64,000 bases of DNA from an uncultured Verrucomicrobiota bacterium (GTDB taxonomy: Bacteria; Verrucomicrobiota; Verrucomicrobiia; Limisphaerales; UBA9464), in NCBI GenBank assembly GCA_964602595.1, contig CAZRRO010000017.1:67528-131527 (forward strand), in the 5' to 3' direction. The notes below the pieces were generated by a model, which did not search any database, was not told where the DNA came from, and was given only the letters and a program-made list of their open reading frames with translations. The position numbers and the translations under genes were made by a program. Positions 25,901-35,082 of the stretch are shown here, piece after piece; the stretch's first letter is position 1, and every line of letters begins with the position of its first letter.

Positions 25901-26562
25901 GGGCTAACGCCGGCGGCCAGGATCGGGCCAAGTTCACCAAGGGCTCCGGCACCGTTGCGGTTGCGGATTCCGATGAATGGGACGACAGCACCCCGAAGCC
26001 GAACGCGGGCAACATGGCGACCTTCCTCGCCACCCCGGCAATCAACATTGCGGGCAAGACCGCGAACTCCCTGCATCTGACGTTCAGCTCCAGCTTCCGG
26101 GCGGAGGATCCTCAGAAGGCCTCAGTCAAGGCGTCCTTCGACGGCGGTCCGGCCGTTGACGTCATCCAGTGGGTTTCCAGCCCCGAAACTGATCCCAAGT
26201 TCCACAACAACTTGGACGAGACGGTCACGGTGCCGTTGTATAACCCGGCCGGGGCCACCACGGTGAAACTGACGTTTGGTTATTTCGACACCCGCAACAA
26301 TTGGTGGTGGGCGGTCGACAACATCGAGATCAACGTCGGCGCGGTGGTGAATCCGCCCGCCGGCCCGACGGTCAATCCGGCTCCGAACATTCCGGGGCTC
26401 ACCGGTGGGGCATTTACCGATGTCCAGACGGACACGGGTGCCAAGACCATCTCGGCCAAGCTCCCCGTGACCGGCGACCAAGGCTTCCTGACGATCACGC
26501 CGGGCGTGAAGGTCAAGACTGTCCAAATCGTCGGCGACCGCTTGGTCATCAGCTACGAATAG
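22954..26562 (+). CDS. Large secreted protein: LamG-like domain, Ig-like domain, three copies of a ~210-aa repeat module
   Basis: Signal peptide and a concanavalin/LamG-like N-terminal domain (YTLVMDVLFP...WYRLGLVVDGTGGKVRLYVDG). Ig I-set-like segment (LSFQWYKG...VEDAGYYSVEVKN). Three modules each end in NNWWWA(V/F)DN. Confidence 0.85.
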   Translation: MKHTQAFSIRSSLLGATLLGVATAWAQQPVGQWDFNSGNLNGAPGTALAYRDGVGTGFQFGTTTALGIPDIGGTAANVLKVPAGADTSSGLNMPVAAAPNGGSVAGLVNDYTLVMDVLFPASADKLVRGLLDSDGGASDPDSEIFVTAANTFGAKNAAFGVITTNKWYRLGLVVDGTGGKVRLYVDGAEVGSAKPANQVDGRFALASGAAAGLFTDDTGETAIAYVNSIQLRDAALTKPQMLALGGAQAAGIPTTLPPVPSSVEKWIPAGEFASRSTDVGAVISLGDTTVQNASITLKLDGVAIASPTITRDGSLITVKATPAPFTPGTEHTIEVTYTDSLAGVKTLTRTFGAALFYEDFDGLALVPRKDESNAATEAFEQGWTNRPPAGWIVDNSQFLATIISPENPDDDADGYADLDGRTEWAGWSFANKDFWLAADNQTRDQFTLASGNVAIADPDEWDDQSHLKSLFNSFLKTPEISLTGIAPGTAFLKFASSWRPEGFDDVSAADSTTGFPSLNNDGTTAINNQTAIVTVSFDGGAPIQVLKYDSKEGSPTFKPDAQNEQILLPLNNPAGAQKMVLSFELRDGANDWWWAVDNVVVSAGAAPPTIATQATPIEANEGTAAALTVVPTGDSLSFQWYKGFGVNRTLVAGATTATLSFSPLKVEDAGYYSVEVKNTVGTVTSNPTKVAVLPVTEGRLTLLTEDFESLVLGPNQDETTVDETAWTHTTPAGWVIDNTGVPGAGTENDGVTEWAGWSFADKTFWATAGGQNRAAFTKGVGAVAVGDSDEWDDQGHEPGNMATYLKTKEVSLDGVKAGSVIVKFDSSWNPEEPQKGNVVVSFDGGAPVEILRLESGKDSAGYRPAELSETIALRVNNPVGAKKMTITFGYFDTLNNWWWAFDNLVVLGSPAPVFAENFDGLVLGPNVEEGITVSPTQQFAAVWTKTAPAGWAIDDTGVPGVGNPATDGVTEWAGWSFASKDFWANAGGQDRAKFTKGSGTVAVADSDEWDDSTPKPNAGNMATFLATPAINIAGKTANSLHLTFSSSFRAEDPQKASVKASFDGGPAVDVIQWVSSPETDPKFHNNLDETVTVPLYNPAGATTVKLTFGYFDTRNNWWWAVDNIEINVGAVVNPPAGPTVNPAPNIPGLTGGAFTDVQTDTGAKTISAKLPVTGDQGFLTITPGVKVKTVQIVGDRLVISYE
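24019..26334 (+). repeat. Three in-frame copies of a ~210-aa coding module (about 24019-24765, 25060-25680, 25693-26334)
   Basis: Shared blocks: F(E/Y)(D/N)F(D/E)(G/S)L.L.P; PAGW.IDN; GVTEWAGWSFA.K.FW; DSDEWDD; VSFDGG; NP.GA..M; NNWWWA.DN. Confidence 0.8.
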
Positions 26563-26723
26563 TGGCTGCACCGCCTGCCGGAGCGGTTCGCCCCGGCAGG
26601 CGACAATTTTCCGCCCCTGAGTGGGGGCGGTCACTGGCGGGCTCGGGCGGTGTAATCCGTGTGTCACCCCCGAGCCCGCCTTTTTCTTTCCCGAACCGAT
26701 TTCTTTCCTCCGCCGCAACCACC

Positions 26724-28079
26724 ATGTCCGCCAATTCCAACTGGTCCACCGAAGGTGACGTCAACACCGCCGACGCCCGCCGTGACTGGACCCGCGACCA
26801 GGTGGGGGCCGAGACTGCAGCCCTTCTGCTGGCCGACTCGGAATGTTTCCTCCACCAATCGCTTTCTTCCCCGTGCCTGAATGCCCTCGCCGGCGCGGAG
26901 GGCTCTTGGCTGATCGACGTCGAGGGCCGCCGTTATCTCGATTTTCACGGCAACAACGTCCATCAGGTGGGCTTCGGCCATCCGCGGGTGATTGCCGCCG
27001 TGAAGGCGCAGCTCGACGCGCTCCCGTTTTCCCCCCGCCGCTATACCAATGACGTGGCGGTGCGGCTCGCCCAGGAGCTCACCGCCCTAGCTCCCGGCGA
27101 CCTCAACCGCATTCTGTTCGCCCCCGCCGGCACGATCGCCGTGAGCATGGCCCTGAAGATTGCCCGGCTGGTGACCGGCCGGTTCAAGACGGTGTCCATG
27201 TGGGATGCCTTCCACGGGGCCACCTTGGATTCCATTTCCGTCGGCGGTGAAACCCAGTTCCGTCAGGGCGTAGGCCCGCTCCTGCCGGGGGCGGAACATG
27301 CGCCGCCGTGCGAACATCGGGGGTGTCCATTCCGGTGCGGCGCGACGTGTTCGCTCGCGTGCGCGGACTACATCGAATACGTCCTCGAACGGGAGGGTGA
27401 CGTTGCTGCGGTCATCGGAGAGACGATCCGGTGCACGCCCGCCATCCCGCCCGCGGATTACTGGAAACGCATCCGTGCCGCCTGCGACAAGCACGGGGCG
27501 CTGCTGATTCTCGACGAGATTCCGATCGGACTGGGCCGCAGCGGGAAGTTCTTCGCGTTCGAGCACTACGACGTGGTGCCAGACGTGGTGGTGCTGGGCA
27601 AAGGGCTGGGCGGTGGCGTGATGCCACTGGCCGCGGTCATTGCCCGGGAGGGGCTCAATATCGTCGGGGCTTCCTCCATCGGCCATTTCACGCACGAGAA
27701 GAGCCCGGTTTCCTGCGCGGCCGGCTTGGCCACGTTGGAAATCATCCGGGAGGAGAAGCTGGTGGAGCGGGCGGCCCAGCTGGGCGAAATCGCCTTGGAA
27801 GGCTTACGTGAACTGGCCCGGAAACATCCCCTCATTGGCGATGTCCGCGGCCGCGGCTTGCTGCTCGGCGTGGAACTGCTGCACGACGGGAATCCTACCC
27901 GGCCGGCGCGGGACGAGGCGAATCGCGTCATGTATGCGGCCCTGCGCCGCGGACTGAACTTCAAGCTGACCCGCGGCAACATGCTGACGCTGACGCCACC
28001 GTTGATCCTCAAGGACGAAGAGCTGGCGTTCGCGCTCAACGTGCTCGACGAAGCGATCGGCGAGGTCGAGCGCGGCTGA
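26724..28079 (+). CDS. Class III (omega) PLP-dependent aminotransferase family protein
   Basis: LILDEIPIGLGRSGKFFAFEHY and VLGKGLGGGVMP (PLP-Lys region) are typical of the family. ATG 26724 is preferred over the longer track ORF. Confidence 0.88.
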   Translation: MSANSNWSTEGDVNTADARRDWTRDQVGAETAALLLADSECFLHQSLSSPCLNALAGAEGSWLIDVEGRRYLDFHGNNVHQVGFGHPRVIAAVKAQLDALPFSPRRYTNDVAVRLAQELTALAPGDLNRILFAPAGTIAVSMALKIARLVTGRFKTVSMWDAFHGATLDSISVGGETQFRQGVGPLLPGAEHAPPCEHRGCPFRCGATCSLACADYIEYVLEREGDVAAVIGETIRCTPAIPPADYWKRIRAACDKHGALLILDEIPIGLGRSGKFFAFEHYDVVPDVVVLGKGLGGGVMPLAAVIAREGLNIVGASSIGHFTHEKSPVSCAAGLATLEIIREEKLVERAAQLGEIALEGLRELARKHPLIGDVRGRGLLLGVELLHDGNPTRPARDEANRVMYAALRRGLNFKLTRGNMLTLTPPLILKDEELAFALNVLDEAIGEVERG

Positions 28080-28085
28080 GCGAAA

Positions 28086-30023
28086 TCACTCTTGAATGCT
28101 CACCGGCCGCCGGTCGCGTTCCGCGACAAGTCGGTCCACGGTTCCCGTGAGGGGTTTCCCCGCCGAATCGAACAACGCGAGGCTGGCCGGAACCTCCAAG
28201 CGGAGCGATTCCCAATGGCTCAGGGCTCGGGCCCGATCAGCGATCAGCTGGAGCGCAGGCCCGAGGAAATCCGTCTTGAAGTCGGCGAAACCTGGCGTGG
28301 TCCGCAGGGACCGGGCGCTCACGAACCGCACCGGGCCGTAGTCATCGTTGAGCAACTGCGCGAGAAAAGGGGCGGTCCAATTCATGCCCGACGCCTGCTG
28401 CGCCGGGGCCCAACCGAAATGCCAGGCCGTGATGATCCGCTGGGCGGCATGGCCCTTGAGCAGCCAGAGCAAGGAGGCAGGGATCGACGTCTGTTCCGCG
28501 GTCAGCGTCATCGCGGGCTGTCGATACCACGCCGTCAGCTGCCGCTGGGTCCAGTCCAAGGTGCGGTCGAGGTGACAGAGATTGCACGCGTTGGGGACCC
28601 CGTGCCGGGCGCTGGATTCGGCCCGCGGGGAATTGATCTGGTGGGACCGGATGCCCTTGAACAGGGCGTAGGTCGTGTGGGGCATGTGGCAGTTCAGGCA
28701 ATTGCTACCGCTGGAACCGGCCGCGTGGTGGGTGTGCTCCGGCACCCGGGTGGTGAACCGCTCTTCCTTGTGGCATTGGGTGCAGGCCGCAGGACCGTCC
28801 CGGCCGCGCTTGAGCTGATCGTTGGGGTCGCTGTCATGCATCGAGTGGCACGACAGGCAGGTCATGGTGCCGCGGGTATGGCACGGCGTCGCCAGCAAGG
28901 CGGTGAATTCGCGGCCTCCGGCCAGCACGGTGCCATCCTCCCACCAGCGGGTGGTGTAGAATTCCTTGTTCTGCGCGAACTCGGTCTTCTGGGCCGCCGT
29001 GGCATTCGTGCCCGGGTATTGAATGTAGTAGCGGGTTCGGTGCAGGTCGTCGCCGGGGCGGTAAAGGGGGCCATTGCGGGCGAACTCCAGCGCAAACTCC
29101 TCGCGCATGATGTAGTTGCCATGGCACTGGCCGCAGACTTGGGCGGAGCGTGCCGGATCCAGCCGCGCCGGGTTCACGATGGTGGGATCGGCGGCGCGCT
29201 CCCCCTTCGCTCGGGAGCTGGTCCCGGTGGCACGGTGATGGAGGACGTGGTCCTTCCCCGGGCCGTGGCAGGCCTCGCATGAGATGCCCAATTCCCCGAC
29301 CTTGGTCTGGAGTTTTCCCTGTTCGTCGAGGCCCGGATTGCCACCGGTGCTGTGGCAGCGGATGCAGTGGTGGTTCCACTGCGTGACCATGCGCTCCTTG
29401 TCGTCGGGTGCGCGGAGAAATGCCGCATCCCGGGGAATCCATTGCTTCGTCTCGGGCAGAAACACGAGCGGCAGCGTCTGGAGCAGCCCTGGATAGCGCG
29501 GACTGGTCACCCAGTAGGTCTGATAGTTATGGGAACCCGTGGTCATCACGACGGGCCGCTTCACCCGCGGAATCTTGTCCAACGCCAATTTCCGCCCCCC
29601 TTGGACCACATACATCAGCACGTCCGGATCGGGCATCTCGGCGAAGAATTGGTCGCCTTCCTTGAATACCCGGTAGGCGAGCCCGCTGCAGGAGACGGTT
29701 GAACCATCAAACTTGCCCAAGACCGCTTCGTCGGTGGCCGGCTGGGTCATCGTCCGATGATACGACCGGTGCCAGCTGGCATGCTCGTCGCCGTGGCATT
29801 CCAGGCAGGAGCTCGAACCAAGATAGCCCGCGTCCGGGCGCGCTTGGGGCAGCTGGTTGGTGAGCCAGCCCCGGTAGCTGGTCGGGCCAAGGTTCGTGGA
29901 TCCTCTCGCCGGCGGCATCCCGCCCGTCAGGCAGGTCAAAACCAACGCAAAAAGACAGCCCTTCCAAGCGATGTGCGGGTGAGATGACGGCCAACGCATT
30001 GAAGTTGTGGGAGGCGGGGCCAA
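28086..30023 (-). CDS. Multihaem c-type cytochrome (8 CxxCH sites)
   Basis: CLECH, CIRCH, CEACH, CGQCH, CLSCH, CTQCH, CLNCH and CNLCH motifs, with an N-terminal signal/anchor. Confidence 0.85.
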   Translation of the reverse strand: MAPPPTTSMRWPSSHPHIAWKGCLFALVLTCLTGGMPPARGSTNLGPTSYRGWLTNQLPQARPDAGYLGSSSCLECHGDEHASWHRSYHRTMTQPATDEAVLGKFDGSTVSCSGLAYRVFKEGDQFFAEMPDPDVLMYVVQGGRKLALDKIPRVKRPVVMTTGSHNYQTYWVTSPRYPGLLQTLPLVFLPETKQWIPRDAAFLRAPDDKERMVTQWNHHCIRCHSTGGNPGLDEQGKLQTKVGELGISCEACHGPGKDHVLHHRATGTSSRAKGERAADPTIVNPARLDPARSAQVCGQCHGNYIMREEFALEFARNGPLYRPGDDLHRTRYYIQYPGTNATAAQKTEFAQNKEFYTTRWWEDGTVLAGGREFTALLATPCHTRGTMTCLSCHSMHDSDPNDQLKRGRDGPAACTQCHKEERFTTRVPEHTHHAAGSSGSNCLNCHMPHTTYALFKGIRSHQINSPRAESSARHGVPNACNLCHLDRTLDWTQRQLTAWYRQPAMTLTAEQTSIPASLLWLLKGHAAQRIITAWHFGWAPAQQASGMNWTAPFLAQLLNDDYGPVRFVSARSLRTTPGFADFKTDFLGPALQLIADRARALSHWESLRLEVPASLALFDSAGKPLTGTVDRLVAERDRRPVSIQE

Positions 30024-30178
30024 CCCGCCTCATGGGTTGAGATTGTGAGCGGCCCACTGGGGCGCGTCAGGTTAAATTCCCGCGTCGTCGGCAAACGGCG
30101 GCCATGAATCGCCAATTGTGGCAGCGGCGGCCGGGCCCGGGGCATGGCAAAATTGCCGGCGCCGATCACGTTCCCGCC

Positions 30179-31015
30179 ATGTATCTTGCCCCGATCACGT
30201 CTGTCTTTCACCCGACTGATTTCAGCCGCAGCAACGAGGGGGCGTTCATCCACGCCCTGCGGATCGCCCTATTGGCACGGTGCGATCTCTCCCTGTTGCA
30301 CGTCGGCCGCCACGGCGAGGAGCACGGCTGGGAAGGCTTTCCCAGCGTCCGCGACCAACTGATTCGCTGGGAAGTCCTGCCGGCCGGGGCACCGCACAGT
30401 GCTGTGACCGACTTGGGCGTGCGGGTCACCAAGGGGCAGAAGGTGAACTCCGACCCGGTCGAGGCGATTGGCGAATACGTCGCGGAGCACCTGCCCGACC
30501 TGGTCGTGCTTTCAACCCATCAGCGGCAGGGACTTTCCCGCCTGCGTCGTCCCGCGGTGGCGGAACAGATCGCCCGCCTGGCCCGGGTGCGAACACTGTT
30601 CGTGCCCCGGGGCGTGACGGGATTCGTGGACCCCGTTTCGGGCGGGCTAACGCTGCGTCGCATCCTGATCCCCATCGACCATGACCCACGCCCGGCCGCC
30701 GCGGTTGGGGCGGCGGCAAGTTTGGCTCGGACCTTGGGACAGAAGCCGCTGGAATTTGTCTTCCTCCATGTCGGACCGGAAAAGGACTATCCCTCCGCCT
30801 ACCTGCCCGAACATCCCGGCTGGACCCGTGAAGTGGTCTGCGAGGAAGGCGACGTCGTAGAAACCATCCTGAACGTCAGCGACGAACGGGAAGTGGATCT
30901 CATCGTGATGGCCACCCGCGGGCACGACGGATTTGTCGACGCATTGCGCGGCAGCACGACCGAACGGGTCTTGCGCGGCGCGAAGTGCCCCCTGCTCGCG
31001 GTGCCGGCGCAGTGA
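30179..31015 (+). CDS. Universal stress protein (tandem Usp domains)
   Basis: ITSVFHPTDFS...DLVVLSTHQRQGLSR and ...DLIVMATRGHDGFVDALRGSTTERVLRGAKCPLLAVP are Usp hallmarks. Confidence 0.8.
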   Translation: MYLAPITSVFHPTDFSRSNEGAFIHALRIALLARCDLSLLHVGRHGEEHGWEGFPSVRDQLIRWEVLPAGAPHSAVTDLGVRVTKGQKVNSDPVEAIGEYVAEHLPDLVVLSTHQRQGLSRLRRPAVAEQIARLARVRTLFVPRGVTGFVDPVSGGLTLRRILIPIDHDPRPAAAVGAAASLARTLGQKPLEFVFLHVGPEKDYPSAYLPEHPGWTREVVCEEGDVVETILNVSDEREVDLIVMATRGHDGFVDALRGSTTERVLRGAKCPLLAVPAQ

Positions 31016-31017
31016 AT

Positions 31018-32388
31018 TCAGGCCGGCGGCAGGCGCACCAGGTGCACGGGCCGGTGGCTCCGTGCGACTACCGCTCCGGCGACCGAGCCGAACACCGCGC
31101 CCGCGAGGCCAGTCCGGCCGTGCGAGCTTAGGCAGATGGCGTGCGCGCCGAACTGCTCGGCCTGACGCAGGATGGCTTCGGCGACGTTGCCGGCCGACTC
31201 GACCACTGCCTCCACGGTCACTCCCCGTCGCAAGGCGGCCGCGGGGACCAGCGAGCCCAGCTTCTTCCGCGCGGATTGCAGCAGGCGGGCGTGCTCGCCG
31301 GGCGACAAGGTTGGCCGCCGGCCCGCCCCGAAGAAAGCCGCCACCGGTGACTGGCGTTCGGTGAGCGCGTGAAACAGGCGCAAGCGTCCGCCATTCGGCA
31401 GCAGTGAGCACGCGGCGGCGACCGCACGGTTGCCTTCGGCCGAGAAGTCCGTGGTGACCAGCACGCGGCTCAAAGCGGGCACGCCGGCGGGCGCGGCCGG
31501 ATGGCTGACCACCGGCACGCAAACAACCCCCATGGGCGCGTCGCAAAGCAGTGCCCGCGAGGTGGAACGATGCCACAGCCGTGAGAGTCCGTGGTGCTGG
31601 TGGGCGCCCACGACGATCAGGTCCGCATTCGCGGCCTTGGCCATTTCGATCAGGGCGGCCGCCGGATTGTCGCCCCCCGCCTCCACCAACACCTGCACCC
31701 GCTGTTCGCCGAGCACCGCGGCCACCTTCTCGATCAGGTCCCGCCGCAAGGCGGCGTCCACGGGGGCGGGATTGGCCGTTGCGGGAAACTCCTCCTCCGC
31801 GAGGCCGAGGCGATCGCTTTCGGCCGCGGGATCATCCACGTAGCCGGCGAACAGTTCGCAGGGACCGTGGGCGGCCAACTCGCCGGCAAAGGCGAGGGCG
31901 GTGTCGCTTGCGAGCGTGAAATCCGTCGCCACAAACACCCGCAGCGCGCGGCGTCCCTCCGCCCATTCCCGGAAAGGCATCGCGGATCGTGTCACCAACG
32001 TCGGCACCAAGGCCGATTCGGCGATGCGTTCCGCCGTGCTGCCGAGAAACACCCGCGCCAGCGCCACGCGACCGACCGACGAAACCACTACCAGCCGGGT
32101 TTGCCCGGGGCGGGCCAGCTTCTTTAAGACCCCCTCCGCCTCGCCGAGCTCGACCGTTCCGTGGACCTTCGGACCCGCGGACGGCAACGCGGCGACCTCC
32201 CGCTCCATCCGTTCCCGCAGCCGGGCGACGATGGGCTCCCACAACGGGTCCGGCAGGCCGTCCGCCAGGGGAGGCGTCGTCGCGTGGACCAAGTGGACAC
32301 GGTCGTTGAATCGTTTCGCCAGCGCGGTGGCGACGGCGATCGCGTCGGCGGAATTTGGACTGAAGTCGGTGCCGGCGAGGATTTTCAT
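31018..32388 (-). CDS. Universal stress protein (three Usp-like domains)
   Basis: MKILAGTDFSPNS..., RLVVVSSVGR...LGSTAERI, DLIVVGAHQHHGL and ICLSSHGRTGLAGAVFGSVAGAVV repeats. Confidence 0.8.
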   Translation of the reverse strand: MKILAGTDFSPNSADAIAVATALAKRFNDRVHLVHATTPPLADGLPDPLWEPIVARLRERMEREVAALPSAGPKVHGTVELGEAEGVLKKLARPGQTRLVVVSSVGRVALARVFLGSTAERIAESALVPTLVTRSAMPFREWAEGRRALRVFVATDFTLASDTALAFAGELAAHGPCELFAGYVDDPAAESDRLGLAEEEFPATANPAPVDAALRRDLIEKVAAVLGEQRVQVLVEAGGDNPAAALIEMAKAANADLIVVGAHQHHGLSRLWHRSTSRALLCDAPMGVVCVPVVSHPAAPAGVPALSRVLVTTDFSAEGNRAVAAACSLLPNGGRLRLFHALTERQSPVAAFFGAGRRPTLSPGEHARLLQSARKKLGSLVPAAALRRGVTVEAVVESAGNVAEAILRQAEQFGAHAICLSSHGRTGLAGAVFGSVAGAVVARSHRPVHLVRLPPA

Positions 32389-32500
32389 GGGTGGAACTTT
32401 CTCGGTTCAATTGGCGGTATACGCCGGTGCGCGTCTGTCGCCAACCATCCTTTGCGGCTCGCTGGCCAGCCGCGTTGGGAGGGCCCGGGGCCGGGGTGGA

Positions 32501-33322
32501 GTGAACGCGGCATTGCAGTTGCCGGCCCGCTTCCGTAAGCAACGCCCCGTGACCGCCGACTATCTCGCGAAGTGCCGCACCCTCATTGACGCCGTCGAGG
32601 CGCAGACTCCGGCCATCCGGCAGGCCGCCAACTGGTTTGCCGCCACCATCCTCGCCGGCCGCATGGTCCACGTCTTCGGCTCCGGCCATTCCCGGATCAT
32701 GGTTGAGGAGATGTGGCCGCGTTACGGCTCTTTTCCCGGGTTCAATCCCATCGTCGAACTCTCGCTGAGCTTTCACAACCTCGTCGTGGGCGCCAACGGC
32801 CAGCGGCAGGCCATGTTCCTGGAAAACGTCCCCGGACTGGCCGCACGGATCCTGCGGAACTTCGACCTTTCGCCCACGGACTCCGCGCTGGTCGTGTCCT
32901 CCAGCGGCTGCAATGTCGTGCCGATCGAGATGGCGGAAGGCTTCCGGCAACGCGGCGTGAAGGTGGTCGCCGTGATCTCCCGCGCGCACAGCGATGCCAG
33001 CACGAGCCAACGGGCCGACGGGAAGAAGCTACAGGATTTCGCCGACCTTGTGCTCGATACCGGGGCGCCGGTCGGCGACGCGATGGTCACGGTCCCAGGA
33101 CTCGATACGCCGGTAGCACCCGGATCCACCGTGGGCGGTTGCCTGCTGGTGAACTCGATCAAGGCCGAGGTCGCGGCCCGCCTGACCGCGGCCGGCCAGC
33201 CGCCCAAGGTGCTGACCGCCGGCGCCATCGTCGGCAAGGTTCGGGCTACGGAACTGTTCGAGGCGGCCTACGACGAACACGGGCGGCGGCTGGCGAAACT
33301 TTACGAGAAACTGGGGCTGTGA
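32501..33322 (+). CDS. SIS-domain protein (UPF0309-like)
   Basis: ILAGRMVHVFGSGHSRIMVEEM...ALVVSSSGCNVVPIEMA. The start is uncertain (GTG 32501 or GTG 32549). The track ORF from 31901 is an antisense extension over the Usp gene. Confidence 0.72.
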   Translation: MNAALQLPARFRKQRPVTADYLAKCRTLIDAVEAQTPAIRQAANWFAATILAGRMVHVFGSGHSRIMVEEMWPRYGSFPGFNPIVELSLSFHNLVVGANGQRQAMFLENVPGLAARILRNFDLSPTDSALVVSSSGCNVVPIEMAEGFRQRGVKVVAVISRAHSDASTSQRADGKKLQDFADLVLDTGAPVGDAMVTVPGLDTPVAPGSTVGGCLLVNSIKAEVAARLTAAGQPPKVLTAGAIVGKVRATELFEAAYDEHGRRLAKLYEKLGL

Positions 33323-33368
33323 AGGCGGTTCCCGAATACTGCCCGGAACTGCGCTCCGACCGCTCGCC

Positions 33369-34205
33369 ATGAAACCCGCCGTTCTGCTCGTCGAATGTCC
33401 CGACCGCCCCGGACTCGTCCACGCCATCACCGGCGTGTTGTTCCGCCTCGGCGTCAACGTCGTGGGGAACCAGGAGTTCGTGGACCGCACGTCGCGGCGC
33501 TTCTACATGCGCACCGAATTCGACGGGTCGGTGAACGGTTCCGAATTGCTGGCGGCCGTCCGGAGCGTGGCGCCGGAGGGCTCGGAAGTGCGATTGTCAC
33601 ATCTTGAACCCAAACGGGTCGTGGTGCTGGCATCCAAGGAACATCACTGCCTCGCGGACATCCTGGTGCGGCATTCGTTCAAGGAACTGAACGTCCACGT
33701 CCTCGCAGTGATCGCCAACCACGCGACGCTGGAACCTCTGGTCCGGAAGTTTGAGCTGCCTTTCCACTACTTGCCGCACGGCGAATTGCCCCGTGAGGTC
33801 CACGAGGCCGAGGTGCTCACGATGGTCCAGCGCTACCGGCCGGACTTCGTGGTGCTGGCCAAATACATGCGGGTGCTCAGTCCGAAGTTCGTCGGCCAGT
33901 TCCCGGCGCGGCTGGTGAACATCCACCACAGCTTCCTGCCCGCCTTCGCCGGGGCGCGGCCGTATCATCAGGCCTTTGAACGCGGCGTGAAGGTCATCGG
34001 CGCCACCGCCCACTTCGTCACCGACGAGCTCGATGCCGGACCGATCATCGTCCAGCAGGTCGTGCCGGTGGACCACACCCACGCGTCGGAGGACCTGGTG
34101 CTGGCGGGCCGCGATGTGGAGCAGATGGTGCTCGCCCGGGCGCTGCGACTGGTCTTCGAGGACCGCGTGTTCCTCTGCGGCAACCGCACGGTCATCTTCG
34201 ACTGA
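33369..34205 (+). CDS. purU: Formyltetrahydrofolate deformylase
   Basis: N-terminal ACT domain (LLVECPDRPGLVHAITGVLF) and formyltransferase core (NIHHSFLPAFAGARPYHQAFERGVKVIGATAHFVTDELDAGPII). Confidence 0.92.
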   Translation: MKPAVLLVECPDRPGLVHAITGVLFRLGVNVVGNQEFVDRTSRRFYMRTEFDGSVNGSELLAAVRSVAPEGSEVRLSHLEPKRVVVLASKEHHCLADILVRHSFKELNVHVLAVIANHATLEPLVRKFELPFHYLPHGELPREVHEAEVLTMVQRYRPDFVVLAKYMRVLSPKFVGQFPARLVNIHHSFLPAFAGARPYHQAFERGVKVIGATAHFVTDELDAGPIIVQQVVPVDHTHASEDLVLAGRDVEQMVLARALRLVFEDRVFLCGNRTVIFD

Positions 34206-34230
34206 TCCATCCACCGCCGATTTGGCGGAG

Positions 34231-35007
34231 CTACCCGGCCGGGAGTGCCCGCGACTGCAAGCGCACCCGCACCAGCAAGTCGTTCAACGCCTGCCGGGTG
34301 GCCTCGTCCGGCGCTTCCGGCAACGTGCTGGCGTCGTGGGCAGCCTGCAGTTCACCGCGCAGCCGCTCGTATTCAGCCTCGTGGAAGGCGGTGTCGGCGT
34401 CGGTCAAGGTCGTGTTCTCACCTTTGGTCTTCCGCTCGATCAACTCGGCGATGTAGGGCAGGCGGAAGTCTTGGTTGAGCGTGACGAGGTTCGCCTCGAT
34501 CACGCCGGTCCGCATCAGATGGATACCAGTGAGCAGCACGCGATAAACGTAGAGCAGCGGCTTCACCCGGCGCGGCGACTCCTTTAGGAAGAGTTTCCAC
34601 TGCGTCTCCGCAAACCCGAAGTAGTGGTGGGAATGGTGCCGGGTTATTAGGCCCGTGCGGCACGCACCCTTCAGCTCCGCGTGTTCCGGCGAGGTCTGGA
34701 CGATCAAGGGCGAGAAAAGCTGCTCCAGCACGTAGCCGTTCTTCTTCAGGAGCAGGCCGAAGAACTTCCGGACGTCGTGCGAAACGATGTCCATCTCCAG
34801 CCCTTCGATCACCCGGCTGTCCTCCACCGTTTCGTCCTGAACCTCCAACCCGACGACCCGTTCCAGCGGCAGCACATGCGCCCCGCGCAGGTTGAAGTCC
34901 GAATCGGGAGAAGGAAACCCGTAGAGATGCGCCCCGCTGATGGTGGCGAAGAGCAGCGGATACGGCTGTGCCGCAACGATGCGGCTGAGAAGTGGGTCGA
35001 TTGTCAT
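34231..35007 (-). CDS. RlaP-type (PF10127-like) Pol-beta-superfamily nucleotidyltransferase
   Basis: LLFATISGAHLYGFPSPDSDFNLRGAHVLPLERVVGL...DVRKFFGLLLKKNGYVLEQLFSP matches the GS-x-YG...SD-x-D-x-RG signature I recall for this family. Confidence 0.78.
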   Translation of the reverse strand: MTIDPLLSRIVAAQPYPLLFATISGAHLYGFPSPDSDFNLRGAHVLPLERVVGLEVQDETVEDSRVIEGLEMDIVSHDVRKFFGLLLKKNGYVLEQLFSPLIVQTSPEHAELKGACRTGLITRHHSHHYFGFAETQWKLFLKESPRRVKPLLYVYRVLLTGIHLMRTGVIEANLVTLNQDFRLPYIAELIERKTKGENTTLTDADTAFHEAEYERLRGELQAAHDASTLPEAPDEATRQALNDLLVRVRLQSRALPAG

Positions 35008-35082
35008 GTGGCGGTCTTAAGGTCGGACTAGAGTTTCGTCACGATCCTTCGGAATGGTTGATCGCACCAGACGCACGCCCAG

